From: an uncultured Actinomycetes bacterium | GTDB lineage: Bacteria; Actinomycetota; UBA4738; JBBDTT01 | Assembly (NCBI GenBank): GCA_963742735.1 | Contig: CAVUMN010000003.1 | Location: forward strand, 224,001 to 288,000 | Reading direction: 5' to 3' | DNA length: 64,000 nt | Shown: in pieces, positions 37,968 to 47,031 of the stretch | Layout of the letters: each line of letters begins with the position of its first letter | Position numbering within the stretch: the first letter of the stretch is position 1 | Translations under genes and position numbers: made by a program | Notes under the pieces: model-generated | Seen by the model: only the letters and a program-made list of their open reading frames with translations | What the model was told of the DNA's origin: nothing | Databases searched by the model: none

Positions 37968-38864
37968 ATGTCCCCGCGAACGATCGGGCTGCTCGTTCTC
38001 GGCGTGGTCGCGGTCTCGTTCTCGGCCATCCTCATTCGCCTGACGGACGCGCCCCCGATGACCGTGGCGATGTACCGCAACGCCATCGCCGCGGCGATCC
38101 TGGTCCCGTTCGCGCTGGCCCGGCACCGACCCGAGCTGCGCTCGCTGAGCCGCCGCCAGTGGGGCCTGGCCGCCCTGGCCGGGGTGTTCCTGGCCGCGCA
38201 CTTCGCCACGTGGATCCCCTCGCTCGACTACACGACCGTCGCCGCGAGCACGGTCCTGGTCACCACCCAGCCCCTGTGGGTGGCCGCCATCGCCTACCTG
38301 GCATTCCGGGAACGGTTGAGCCGCGCGGCGGTCATCGGGATCCTGGTCGCGCTCAGCGGCACTGCGGTCGTCTCAGGGGGCGACGTGTCGCTGTCCGGCC
38401 GCGCCGTGTTCGGCGACATGCTGGCGCTCCTCGGAGCGGGACTGGCCGCCTGCTACTTCGTCATCGGGCGCGGGCTTCGACAGCAGATGTCGCTGCTGGC
38501 CTACGTGAGCGTCTGCTACACGGTGTGCGCCGTGGTGATGATCCCGGTCGTGGCCGCGTCGGGCCAGCCGTTCTTCGATCTCCGGTGGCAGGACTGGGGC
38601 CTGCTGGCCCTGATGGCCCTGGCCCCGCAGATCCTGGGGCACACGGTGTTCAACTACCTGCTGGGCGAGGTCGAGGCCACCGTGATCGCGATCGCGGTGA
38701 TGGGCGAGCCCGTCGGCGCGTCGCTGCTGGCGCTGGCGTTCTTCGGCGAGACGCCGCCGTGGACGGCCGCCGTCGGTGGCGCGCTCATCCTGACCGGCGT
38801 CTACGTGGCGATCACCGCGCAGGCCCGCCGCAACCGGGCGACCCTCCCGGCGCCGGTCGAGTGA
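37968..38864 (+). CDS. DMT/EamA family transporter
   Basis: About 10 TM segments, two EamA repeats, GEPVGASLLA. Confidence 0.92.
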   Translation: MSPRTIGLLVLGVVAVSFSAILIRLTDAPPMTVAMYRNAIAAAILVPFALARHRPELRSLSRRQWGLAALAGVFLAAHFATWIPSLDYTTVAASTVLVTTQPLWVAAIAYLAFRERLSRAAVIGILVALSGTAVVSGGDVSLSGRAVFGDMLALLGAGLAACYFVIGRGLRQQMSLLAYVSVCYTVCAVVMIPVVAASGQPFFDLRWQDWGLLALMALAPQILGHTVFNYLLGEVEATVIAIAVMGEPVGASLLALAFFGETPPWTAAVGGALILTGVYVAITAQARRNRATLPAPVE

Positions 38865-38888
38865 GCGACCCCGGATAAGCTTTCGGCC

Positions 38889-41018
38889 GTGGCGAAGCGC
38901 AAGGCCGCCGTCGACATCCGCGACGTCCAGGTCATCAAGCACGACCGGACGTTCCTGGTCACCGACGAGTGGGGCGACCTCCCCGAGGACAACACCGCCG
39001 CGCTCGGCCTCTACTACCGGGACACGCGCTACCTCTCCCGTTTCGAGCTGACCCTCGACGAGCTCCGGCCGCTCCTGCTGCACTCCTCGCCGGAGCGCAA
39101 CTACAACCAGATCATCGAGCTGGCGTTCCCGATCACCACGGTCTCGCCGGACGGGGACGAGGACAAGGACAACATCTCGATCTCCCGGAACCGTGTGATC
39201 GCCGATTCGCTCGTGGAGAAGATCGGCATCGCGAACTACGGACGCCAGGATCGAACGCTTCGCGTCTGCGTCGAGTTCGGCGCCGACTTCCTGGACCTCT
39301 TCGAGGTCCGTGGCTGGCCCCGCGAGCGCCGAGGACAGGTCCAGCCCACGGTCGTCGAGCGGAGCCACGTCGTCCTGTCCTACCGGGGGCTCGACGGGGT
39401 GGTTCGCACGACGACCATCCGGTTCTCGCCCCAGCCCGCCGAGCTCAGCGAGGACCGGGCGACGTTCGAGGTGGCCCTCGAGCCGCGCGAGCGGGCGGAG
39501 ATCGACCTGGAGATCACGCCGGCCGAGGGCTCGGAGGAGCGCACCCGGCTGCCGTTCCGCGAGGCCAAGGAGATGCTCGAGCGCGAGTACTCCTCGTGGC
39601 GCAAGAAGTGCACGCGGTTCAAGACCAGCCAGGTGCAGCTCTCCCAGTACCTCGACCGCTCGGTCCTGGACCTGCGGATGCTCCAGACGAACGACGAGGA
39701 CGGCGTGCCGTGGATCGACGCCGGCGTGCCCTGGTACTCGACGCTGTTCGGCCGCGACAGCCTGATCACCGCCTACGAGGTGCTCGGAGTGAACACCGAA
39801 CTGGCGTGGGGGACGCTGCGCGGGCTCGCTGCGCTCCAGGGCACGAAGGTCGACGAGTGGCGCGACGAGGAACCCGGCAAGATCCTGCACGAGGTTCGGG
39901 TGGGGGAGCTGGCGAAGGCCGGCGAGATCCCGCACACCCCGTACTACGGCTCGATCGACTCGACCCCGCTGTGGCTGGCGGTCCTGGCCAGCGCGTACTT
40001 CTGGACGAACGACGTGGACTCGGTGAAGGAGCTGTGGCCGAACGCGCTCGCGTGCCTGGAGTGGATCGACACCTACGGAGACGTCGACGGCGACGGCTAC
40101 GTGGAGTACGTCCGCAAGTCCGAGAAGGGCCTCGCGAACCAGGGCTGGAAGGACAGCCACGACGCGATCGTGTTCCCCGACCGCACCCTGGCCGAGGCGC
40201 CGATCGCCCTGGTCGAGGTCCAGGGCTACGTGTACCTGGCGAAGATCCGGATGGCCCGCCTCGCGCGCGACCTCGGCGAGACGGCCCTGGCCGACAAGCT
40301 CGACGGCGAGGCCAAGGACCTCAAGGAGCGGTTCAACAAGGACTTCTGGATGGACAAGGAGGGCTACTTCGCCCTCGCCCTGGATGGGAAGAAGCAGCAG
40401 GTGCCGGTCCTGGCGTCGAACGCCGGCCACTGCCTGTGGGCGGAGATCGTCGACGAGGACAAGGCCCCGCGAGTGGCCCGGCGGCTCCTGGGCACGGGAC
40501 TGTCGTCGGGGTGGGGGATCCGGACCCTCGGGATGCGCCAGACCCCGTACGACCCGATCGGCTACCACACCGGCACGGTGTGGCCGCACGACAACGCGCT
40601 GATCGCCCACGGCCTGAAGCGCTACGGCCTGGACCGCGAGGCGATGCAGGTCATCGACCAGATGTCGCTCGCCGGCGTGTACTTCCCCCTCGCGCGCTAC
40701 CCCGAGCTGTTCTGCGGCTTCGGGGCCGACCAGGTCCCGGTGCCGGTGCAGTACCCGGTGGCGTGCAGCCCGCAGGCGTGGGCGACCGGCGCGCCGTTCC
40801 TGATGCTCCGCTCCTACGGGGGGATCACCGCCGATGCTCCCAAGGGCGTGCTGAACCTGATCCGTCCCAACCTGCCGAAGTGGCTCCAGAGCATCGACGT
40901 GATCGGCATGCACGTCGGCGACACCCGCATCGACCTCTCCTTCACCCAGGCCGACGGCGTGACCGCCACCCAGGTTCCCCGCAAGGACGGCGAGCTCGAC
41001 GTGGTCATCCGCCACTAG
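38889..41018 (+). CDS. Amylo-alpha-1,6-glucosidase / glycogen debranching enzyme-like
   Basis: AGVPWYSTLFGRDSLI, EEPGKILHE, NQGWKDS, YHTGTVWPHDN, ACSPQAW. Confidence 0.92.
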   Translation: MAKRKAAVDIRDVQVIKHDRTFLVTDEWGDLPEDNTAALGLYYRDTRYLSRFELTLDELRPLLLHSSPERNYNQIIELAFPITTVSPDGDEDKDNISISRNRVIADSLVEKIGIANYGRQDRTLRVCVEFGADFLDLFEVRGWPRERRGQVQPTVVERSHVVLSYRGLDGVVRTTTIRFSPQPAELSEDRATFEVALEPRERAEIDLEITPAEGSEERTRLPFREAKEMLEREYSSWRKKCTRFKTSQVQLSQYLDRSVLDLRMLQTNDEDGVPWIDAGVPWYSTLFGRDSLITAYEVLGVNTELAWGTLRGLAALQGTKVDEWRDEEPGKILHEVRVGELAKAGEIPHTPYYGSIDSTPLWLAVLASAYFWTNDVDSVKELWPNALACLEWIDTYGDVDGDGYVEYVRKSEKGLANQGWKDSHDAIVFPDRTLAEAPIALVEVQGYVYLAKIRMARLARDLGETALADKLDGEAKDLKERFNKDFWMDKEGYFALALDGKKQQVPVLASNAGHCLWAEIVDEDKAPRVARRLLGTGLSSGWGIRTLGMRQTPYDPIGYHTGTVWPHDNALIAHGLKRYGLDREAMQVIDQMSLAGVYFPLARYPELFCGFGADQVPVPVQYPVACSPQAWATGAPFLMLRSYGGITADAPKGVLNLIRPNLPKWLQSIDVIGMHVGDTRIDLSFTQADGVTATQVPRKDGELDVVIRH

Positions 41019-41032
41019 CCGGTCGTACACTC

Positions 41033-41055
41033 CGTGCACACGTCAAAGGAGACAA
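41033..41055 (+). promoter_or_regulatory. Short leader with RBS, downstream of a TACACT -10 box, for the secreted-protein array
   Basis: TACACT at 41026-41031 and AAGGAG just before the ATG at 41056. Confidence 0.45.
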
Positions 41056-42315
41056 ATGCGCCCCCGCATCCTGTTCGTTCTGCTTGTCATCTCGCTGGCC
41101 ATCCCGCTCTTCCCGCGACCCGCCGGCGCCGCCTATCCGGGCTTCAACGGCCTGATCGCCTACATCGCGGACGGGGCCGTCTACGTGGTCGATCCGCTCG
41201 CCCCCCACCTGGGCGGCGACCCCCTGACCGGGGGATCGCCGGCCGACGAGACGCCCGTGTGGTCGCCCGACGGCTCCACCCTCGCCTTCACCCGAACCAG
41301 CCAGCTGTGGACCATGGACGCCGACGGCACCAACGAGGCCATGCTGCTGGCAGAGAGCCCACAGGGGATCACCTGGTCTCCGGATGGAGCGAAGCTCGCG
41401 TACGGCCGGAGCTCGCTTGGGCTGTACGTCGTGAACGCCAACGGGACCGGCTCGGTGCAGATCTCCTCCGACACCACCGCGCAGGAGCCCTCCTGGTCTG
41501 TGGGAAACCGAATCGTGTTCACCTCGTCGAGGGACGGAAACGCCGAGCTGTACGCCATCGATCCGGACGGCACCGACGAGGTCCGGCTGACGACGAACAC
41601 GACCACCGACCAGCAGGCGAACTGGTCGCCCGACGGGCTGAAGCTGGCGTTCGCCACGAACCGGGACGGAAACTTCGAGATCTACTCGATGAAGCCCGAC
41701 GGGACGCTGGTCAGCCGCCTGACGAACCGGTCCAACACCCAGACCGACCCGGCCTGGTCCCCGGACGGGCTGAAGATCACCTTCACGACCTCCACGGACC
41801 TGTGGAAGCAGATCGAGCAGATGAACAACAACGGTACGAACCAGACGACCCTGATCGACAACGGGACCGCCTCCTCGGAGAGCCAGCCAGACTGGCAGCC
41901 GCTCGCCCAGGAACCGCCTCCGGACGACTTCTTCGACCCCATATCGACGATCTCCCGGCCGAAGCAGGGCGTGTCCTATTACCAGGCCAACATCAAGGTC
42001 TTCAGCGGGACCGCGCGGGACGTGGGCGCGTCGGGGCTGGCCAGGGTCGAGGTCGCCCTCCGACGCGTTCTGACCGACGGGAACTGTCTGAGCTGGAACG
42101 GCAGCGTGTTCGTCAAGACGTCCTGCACGTTCAAGAACTGGCGGCTCGCCACCGGGAAGGCGGCGTGGACCTACACGCTGCCGAAGGGGCTCACCAAGAG
42201 CGTGGGCACAAACGTGAAGCACTACGTCCTGCTGTCACGGGCCACCGACGTGGCCGGCAACGTCGAGGTGACCTTCGGGGACGGCCGGAACCGAAACCGG
42301 TTCGAGGTGGTCTAG
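41056..42315 (+). CDS. Secreted PD40/TolB-like beta-propeller protein with conserved C-terminal domain (1 of 4)
   Basis: Signal peptide, AYPGFNGLIAY, repeated WSPDG; C-terminal RPKQGVSYYQ...GRNRNRFEVV. Confidence 0.9.
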   Translation: MRPRILFVLLVISLAIPLFPRPAGAAYPGFNGLIAYIADGAVYVVDPLAPHLGGDPLTGGSPADETPVWSPDGSTLAFTRTSQLWTMDADGTNEAMLLAESPQGITWSPDGAKLAYGRSSLGLYVVNANGTGSVQISSDTTAQEPSWSVGNRIVFTSSRDGNAELYAIDPDGTDEVRLTTNTTTDQQANWSPDGLKLAFATNRDGNFEIYSMKPDGTLVSRLTNRSNTQTDPAWSPDGLKITFTTSTDLWKQIEQMNNNGTNQTTLIDNGTASSESQPDWQPLAQEPPPDDFFDPISTISRPKQGVSYYQANIKVFSGTARDVGASGLARVEVALRRVLTDGNCLSWNGSVFVKTSCTFKNWRLATGKAAWTYTLPKGLTKSVGTNVKHYVLLSRATDVAGNVEVTFGDGRNRNRFEVV

Positions 42316-43611
42316 ATGCGCAGGTCGCTTACGTCCATGGCCGCCGCCCTACTGGCGGCCGTCCTGCTTCCGTCGCCGGCGCAGGCTGCGTTTCCCGGCC
42401 AGAACGGACTGGTCCTTTTCGTCCAGAGGGCCCCGAGCTCGAGCGAGGCCATCTACGTGATGAACGCCGACGGCACCGGCCGGACGCCGCTGACCGCCGA
42501 CGGCACCTTCCACGAGGACTTCGGGCCGGCGTTCTCGCCCGACGGGACGAGGATCGCGTTCGTGCGGAACCTCATGGCCCAGTCCGACGTGTGGGTCATG
42601 GACGCCGACGGCACCGGCGAGACGCGCCTCACGACCCTGCAGAACGTGGGCTCCGTGGCCTGGGCGCCGAGCGGCGCGGAGATCGTCTTCGACAACGCCC
42701 ACACGGTGGCCTCGACGTTCAACTACGACATCTACAAGGTCGCCGCAACGGGAGGAGCGCCGACGCAGCTGACGAACACCACCACGTGGGAGACGAACCC
42801 CTCGTGGGCGCCCGACGGCAGCAAGATCGCCTTCGAGCTCGGGTCGGAGATCCACACGATGGACCCGGACGGCACCGACGCGGCGAACACGGGCATCGAC
42901 GGGGTGGGGGTCGACTGGTCTCCCGACTCCCTGCGGTTCGCGTTCACGCTGGGCGGGCGGGTTCGGACGGCGAACATCAACGGGACGAACAACGTCGCGG
43001 TGACCTCCGGCTCGCACGACGAGGCCCCCGCCTGGTCTCCGGACGGCACGAAGATCCTGTTCATGCGCCAGTCCGCCAACGGCGTCAGCACCGACGTCTG
43101 GCAGATCACCTCGGACGGCGCCAACCCCGTGAACCTGACGGGGACTTCGGGAGGCATCCGCGAGCGCTACCCGAACTGGGGTCCGTGTCCCACGGGAGGA
43201 TGCACCACGCTTCCGTCGGACTCCGTCAAGCCGTCCTCCACGATCACGCGCCCCAAGAACGGCCTGAGCTACTACCAGAACAAGCTCCTGCAGTTCACCG
43301 GGACGGCGAGCGACACGGGAGGCTCCGGCCTGGCCCGGGTACAGATCGCCCTGCGCCGCTATCTCACCAACGGCACGTGCGCGAACTGGAACGGCTCGGT
43401 CTTCGTGGCCGCGTCGTGCACGACAGCGCTGTGGAAGGACGTCTCGGGGTGGACCTCCTGGGCGTACAACCTGCCGAAGGGCCTGACGAAGAGCACCGGC
43501 AGCTCGACCACGAAGCACTACCTCCTGTTCAGCCGCGCAATCGACGTGGAGGGCAACACCGAATCGCTGTTCACCAACGGCCGCAACCGCAACCAGTTCG
43601 AGGTGATCTAG
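42316..43611 (+). CDS. Secreted PD40/TolB-like beta-propeller protein with conserved C-terminal domain (2 of 4)
   Basis: Signal peptide, AFPGQNG, W[SA]PDG repeats; RPKNGLSYYQ...GRNRNQFEVI. Confidence 0.9.
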   Translation: MRRSLTSMAAALLAAVLLPSPAQAAFPGQNGLVLFVQRAPSSSEAIYVMNADGTGRTPLTADGTFHEDFGPAFSPDGTRIAFVRNLMAQSDVWVMDADGTGETRLTTLQNVGSVAWAPSGAEIVFDNAHTVASTFNYDIYKVAATGGAPTQLTNTTTWETNPSWAPDGSKIAFELGSEIHTMDPDGTDAANTGIDGVGVDWSPDSLRFAFTLGGRVRTANINGTNNVAVTSGSHDEAPAWSPDGTKILFMRQSANGVSTDVWQITSDGANPVNLTGTSGGIRERYPNWGPCPTGGCTTLPSDSVKPSSTITRPKNGLSYYQNKLLQFTGTASDTGGSGLARVQIALRRYLTNGTCANWNGSVFVAASCTTALWKDVSGWTSWAYNLPKGLTKSTGSSTTKHYLLFSRAIDVEGNTESLFTNGRNRNQFEVI

Positions 43612-43620
43612 CCGGATCGC

Positions 43621-43648
43621 TCAAGTTGGGTCCCGAACGCGCCGATGG
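43621..43648 (+). promoter_or_regulatory. Sigma-28/WhiG-like promoter, probably giving a leaderless mRNA
   Basis: TCAAG-N15-GCCGATGG, 7 nt before the ATG at 43656, no SD. Confidence 0.7.
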
Positions 43649-43655
43649 TTCAGAT

Positions 43656-44891
43656 ATGCGTCGTATCGCCCGCTTTAGCCTGCTCGCGCTCACCGCGGCG
43701 CTGATCCTGCCCGCCACGGCGACTCCCGCGCTCGCGGCGTACCCCGGCGAGAACGGCCTGATCGTGTATGTCAGCAATGGCGGTCTCTACACCACGCCCG
43801 CGATGTCCTGGAACATCGACGGCGAGTACCTCGCGGACGGTTTCGAGCCGTCCTGGTCGCCGGACGGGCAGCGCATCGTCTTCACCCGGGACGGCGGCGT
43901 CTGGGTCATGAACGCGAACGCCACCGGGCAGACGCGACTCACGCCCGGCAGCGGGGATTCCCCGAGCTGGTCCGGTGACGGAACCAGGATCGTCTACACG
44001 GCGTTCGACGGTCTCCACGTGATGGATGCGGACGGCACCGATGCCTCCTTCGTCCACGCGGACGCGGCCGCCGAGGATCCGGCGTGGTCGCCGGTCTCGA
44101 ACCAGATCGCGTTCTCCGCGCTCCGCGAAGGCAATCGAGAGATCGTCCGCGTCAACGCCGACGGCACCGGCGAGCTCCGGCTGACCACCCTCGCGGGGGC
44201 GGACATCGATCCCGACTGGTCGCCCGACGGGCTGAAGATCGCGTTCTCCTCCAGCTGGGACGGCGACGCGGAGATCCACACCATCAACCCCGATGGAACC
44301 GGGCTGCGGAACCTCACCGATGACTCCTCGGGAGACTTCAAGCCAGCCTGGTCCCCCGACGGGACCGAGATCGCGTTCACCCGCGGCGGACAGGTGTATC
44401 GAATGTTTGCCGACGGCACGTCACAGAGGATCGTCATCGAGTACTACGGCGCCTCGAGGAGCAGCCCCGACTGGCAGCCCGCCGCCGAGGAGGTCGTCAG
44501 GGAGTTCTTCCCGCCGAACACCCACGTCACCAGGCCGAGAAACGGCCTGTCCTACTACCAGGCGAACCTGCGGTCGATCACGGGGACCACCAACGACATC
44601 GGCGAGCATGGGGTCGAATTCGGGCAGGTCGCCCTGCGCCGGGTGTTCACCAACGGCACCTGCGCGAACTGGAACGGTTCGAAGTTCGTGATGGCCTCCT
44701 GCAAGGCCCGGCTGTGGAACACGGCCGTCGGCGCCCCGGGGTGGACGTACTCCATCTCGAAGCTGCTCACCCGAAGCCGGGGAACGAACGTGAAGCACTA
44801 CGTGGTCCTGGCCCGTGGCATCGATCGCGGGGGAAACATCGAAACGAACTTCGTGGATGGCCGAAACCGCAACTCCTTCGAGGTGATCTAG
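43656..44891 (+). CDS. Secreted PD40/TolB-like beta-propeller protein with conserved C-terminal domain (3 of 4)
   Basis: MRRIARFSLL... signal peptide, AYPGENG, WSPDG repeats; RPRNGLSYYQ...GRNRNSFEVI. Confidence 0.9.
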   Translation: MRRIARFSLLALTAALILPATATPALAAYPGENGLIVYVSNGGLYTTPAMSWNIDGEYLADGFEPSWSPDGQRIVFTRDGGVWVMNANATGQTRLTPGSGDSPSWSGDGTRIVYTAFDGLHVMDADGTDASFVHADAAAEDPAWSPVSNQIAFSALREGNREIVRVNADGTGELRLTTLAGADIDPDWSPDGLKIAFSSSWDGDAEIHTINPDGTGLRNLTDDSSGDFKPAWSPDGTEIAFTRGGQVYRMFADGTSQRIVIEYYGASRSSPDWQPAAEEVVREFFPPNTHVTRPRNGLSYYQANLRSITGTTNDIGEHGVEFGQVALRRVFTNGTCANWNGSKFVMASCKARLWNTAVGAPGWTYSISKLLTRSRGTNVKHYVVLARGIDRGGNIETNFVDGRNRNSFEVI

Positions 44892-44914
44892 CCATGCGTA
44901 GCTCCAACGAAGCA

Positions 44915-44943
44915 TTTACACGACGCGACGCATCCGCCACACT
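44915..44943 (+). promoter_or_regulatory. SigA-type promoter
   Basis: TTTACA-N17-CACACT upstream of the GTG at 44957. Confidence 0.5.
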
Positions 44944-44956
44944 CCCGCTACTTCCC

Positions 44957-46678
44957 GTGAACGCACACGCGAATCGCCCCAGTAGGCGCGCGCCCGCCGC
45001 CTTGATCACGCTCGTCCTGTTCGTCGCGCTGCTCGCGACGCCCGCCCAGGCCGCGCCCGCGGGCGAGTTGGACCCGACGTTCACGCTCGACGGTCGGGTC
45101 ATCACGTCGGTCGGGAACTCCATCGACCAGGCCAACGCGGTCGCGGTCCAGCCCGACGGCAGGATCGTGGCCGGCGGTGGGACCCTGTCCGCCGAGTGCG
45201 GAGTGAGCGGCTGCGACACCCACTGGGCCCTCCTGCGCTACCAGTCCAACGGCTTCCTCGACCCGAACTTCGGCGGGGGCGACGGCATCGTCACCACCGA
45301 CATGGGCTCCGGCTCGATCTACGACATCGCGATTCAGGGCGACGGCAAAATCGTCGCCGTGGGCGACGGCTTCGAGGGCGTCGAGAACGACTTCGTGGTC
45401 GCTCGGTACCTGGCCAACGGCACCCCCGACTCCAACTTCGGCTCGGGAGGGATCGTCCGGACCGACTTCGGGCTGCACGACGCCGCGAGCGCCGTGGCCA
45501 TCAACCCCGACGGTACGATCGTGGTCGCCGGCTCACAGGGCCTCGCGGCCCCGGCCTTCAACAGCACGTTCGCCCTCGCCCGGTACCTGACGACCGGCCT
45601 CCCCGACACGACGTTCGACGGCGACGGCAAGGCCGTGACGATCATCGGCACCGAGACCAGCTTCGCGAACGACGTGGCGCTCCAGGGCGGCAAGCCGGTC
45701 GCGGTCGGGGCGAGCCGCGACGCCGGCGGAGACATGATCTTCACGACCGTCCGCTACACGACGGGCGGCCTCCCCGACACGACCTTCGACGGCGACGGCA
45801 TCGCCCTGAAGGGGTTCGGCACGGGGCCCGACACCGCCACCTCGGTCCTGATCGATCCGGCCGGCAAGATCGTGGTGGCCGGCTCGGCCGTGATCGGCAC
45901 CGAGTTCGACTTCGCCGCGGTCAGGTATCTCAGCACGGGGCCGCCCGACACCACCTTCGACATCGACGGGTTCCGCACCGTGGACATCACCGGCGACGAC
46001 GTGGCCCAGGGCCTGGTTCGCCAGGCCGACGGAGCGCTCGTGCTGGGCGGGGTGACGGGCTCCGGGGAGAGCACCGACTTCGCGCTGGTCCGACTGACGT
46101 CCGCCGGCGCGCTCGACCCCTCGTGGGGCGGCAACGGGAGGGTCACCACGGACTTCCTGGAGAGCGCCGACTCCGCCGCCGCCATCGCCCTGCAGCCCGA
46201 CGGAAAGCTCGTCGCGGCCGGGGCGGTGTTCGACCCGTTCATCGCCGAGACCGACGTCGCCCTCGCCCGCTACCTCACGGTGGGGACCGGGGACACCACG
46301 GTCCCGGTCTCGCGGATCTCCCGGCCGAAGAACGGCCTGAGCTACTACCAGGCCAACATCAAGACGTTCTCGGGGACCGCCACCGATACCGCGTCCGGGG
46401 TGGCCAAGGTCGAGATCGCGCTGCGCCGCCACTTCACCAACGGGCTGTGCGCGAACTGGAACGGAAGCGTGTTCGTGTCGGGTTCCTGCACCACCCCGAC
46501 GTGGCGCCTGGCGACGGGACGTGGGAGCTGGACCTACTCGCTCCCGAAGGGGCTGACGAAGAGCCGGGGGACCAACGTGGCCTACTACGTCCTGTTCTCG
46601 CGGGCGACCGACGCGGAGGGGAACGTCGAGTCGTCGTTCGCCACCGGACGCAACCGCAACCAGTTCGAGGTGATCTAG
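44957..46678 (+). CDS. Secreted delta-60-repeat beta-propeller protein with conserved C-terminal domain (4 of 4)
   Basis: Repeats of QPDGKIVAAG...ALARY...G.LD.TF..DG; RPKNGLSYYQ...GRNRNQFEVI; alternative ATG at 44894. Confidence 0.88.
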   Translation: MNAHANRPSRRAPAALITLVLFVALLATPAQAAPAGELDPTFTLDGRVITSVGNSIDQANAVAVQPDGRIVAGGGTLSAECGVSGCDTHWALLRYQSNGFLDPNFGGGDGIVTTDMGSGSIYDIAIQGDGKIVAVGDGFEGVENDFVVARYLANGTPDSNFGSGGIVRTDFGLHDAASAVAINPDGTIVVAGSQGLAAPAFNSTFALARYLTTGLPDTTFDGDGKAVTIIGTETSFANDVALQGGKPVAVGASRDAGGDMIFTTVRYTTGGLPDTTFDGDGIALKGFGTGPDTATSVLIDPAGKIVVAGSAVIGTEFDFAAVRYLSTGPPDTTFDIDGFRTVDITGDDVAQGLVRQADGALVLGGVTGSGESTDFALVRLTSAGALDPSWGGNGRVTTDFLESADSAAAIALQPDGKLVAAGAVFDPFIAETDVALARYLTVGTGDTTVPVSRISRPKNGLSYYQANIKTFSGTATDTASGVAKVEIALRRHFTNGLCANWNGSVFVSGSCTTPTWRLATGRGSWTYSLPKGLTKSRGTNVAYYVLFSRATDAEGNVESSFATGRNRNQFEVI

Positions 46679-46905
46679 ACCTCGTAGCCCAGAACGATCA
46701 GCGACGCCGTCCCCAGGCGGGTCAGGCGTCCGTCGTCCCCGAAGCCGAGCAGGAACTCGACGTGGGGTGACACGCCGCCGTGCCGGAGCTCTCGCAGTCC
46801 GTCGCGCAACGCGCGCACGGCGTCCCAGGGGTGGCCGGGCGTCACGGGGGCGATGAGGATCCCCGATGGGGTGTCCGCGAGTGTGCGGGCATTCGTGCCG
46901 CTCAC
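46675..46905 (-). CDS. Small hypothetical protein
   Basis: AAGGAG RBS before GTG; 76 aa; stop overlaps the convergent gene's stop. Confidence 0.5.
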   Translation of the reverse strand: MSGTNARTLADTPSGILIAPVTPGHPWDAVRALRDGLRELRHGGVSPHVEFLLGFGDDGRLTRLGTASLIVLGYEV

Positions 46906-46998
46906 CGGCGGGCTCCTTTCGCGGTTCGAGTGAGGCGCGGTCTCCCAACGTTTCGACGCACCTCGTCGCCTATCCTTGTCGCGGTCCGAAATTGCCGG

Positions 46999-47014
46999 TG
47001 TGACGCCGGTCACG
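46999..47014. promoter_or_regulatory. CRP/GlxR-type binding site
   Basis: TGTGA-CGCCGG-TCACG in the divergent intergenic region upstream of the acyl-CoA dehydrogenase. Confidence 0.65.
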
Positions 47015-47031
47015 ATCCTGAACGGAGACCC

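Noticed and set aside
41056-46678. Recurring DNA repeats read as a CRISPR array or diversity-generating retroelement
   Set aside because: The repeats are coding (WSPDG, delta-60 and the shared C-terminal domain); there is no spacer periodicity, reverse transcriptase or adenine-specific variation.
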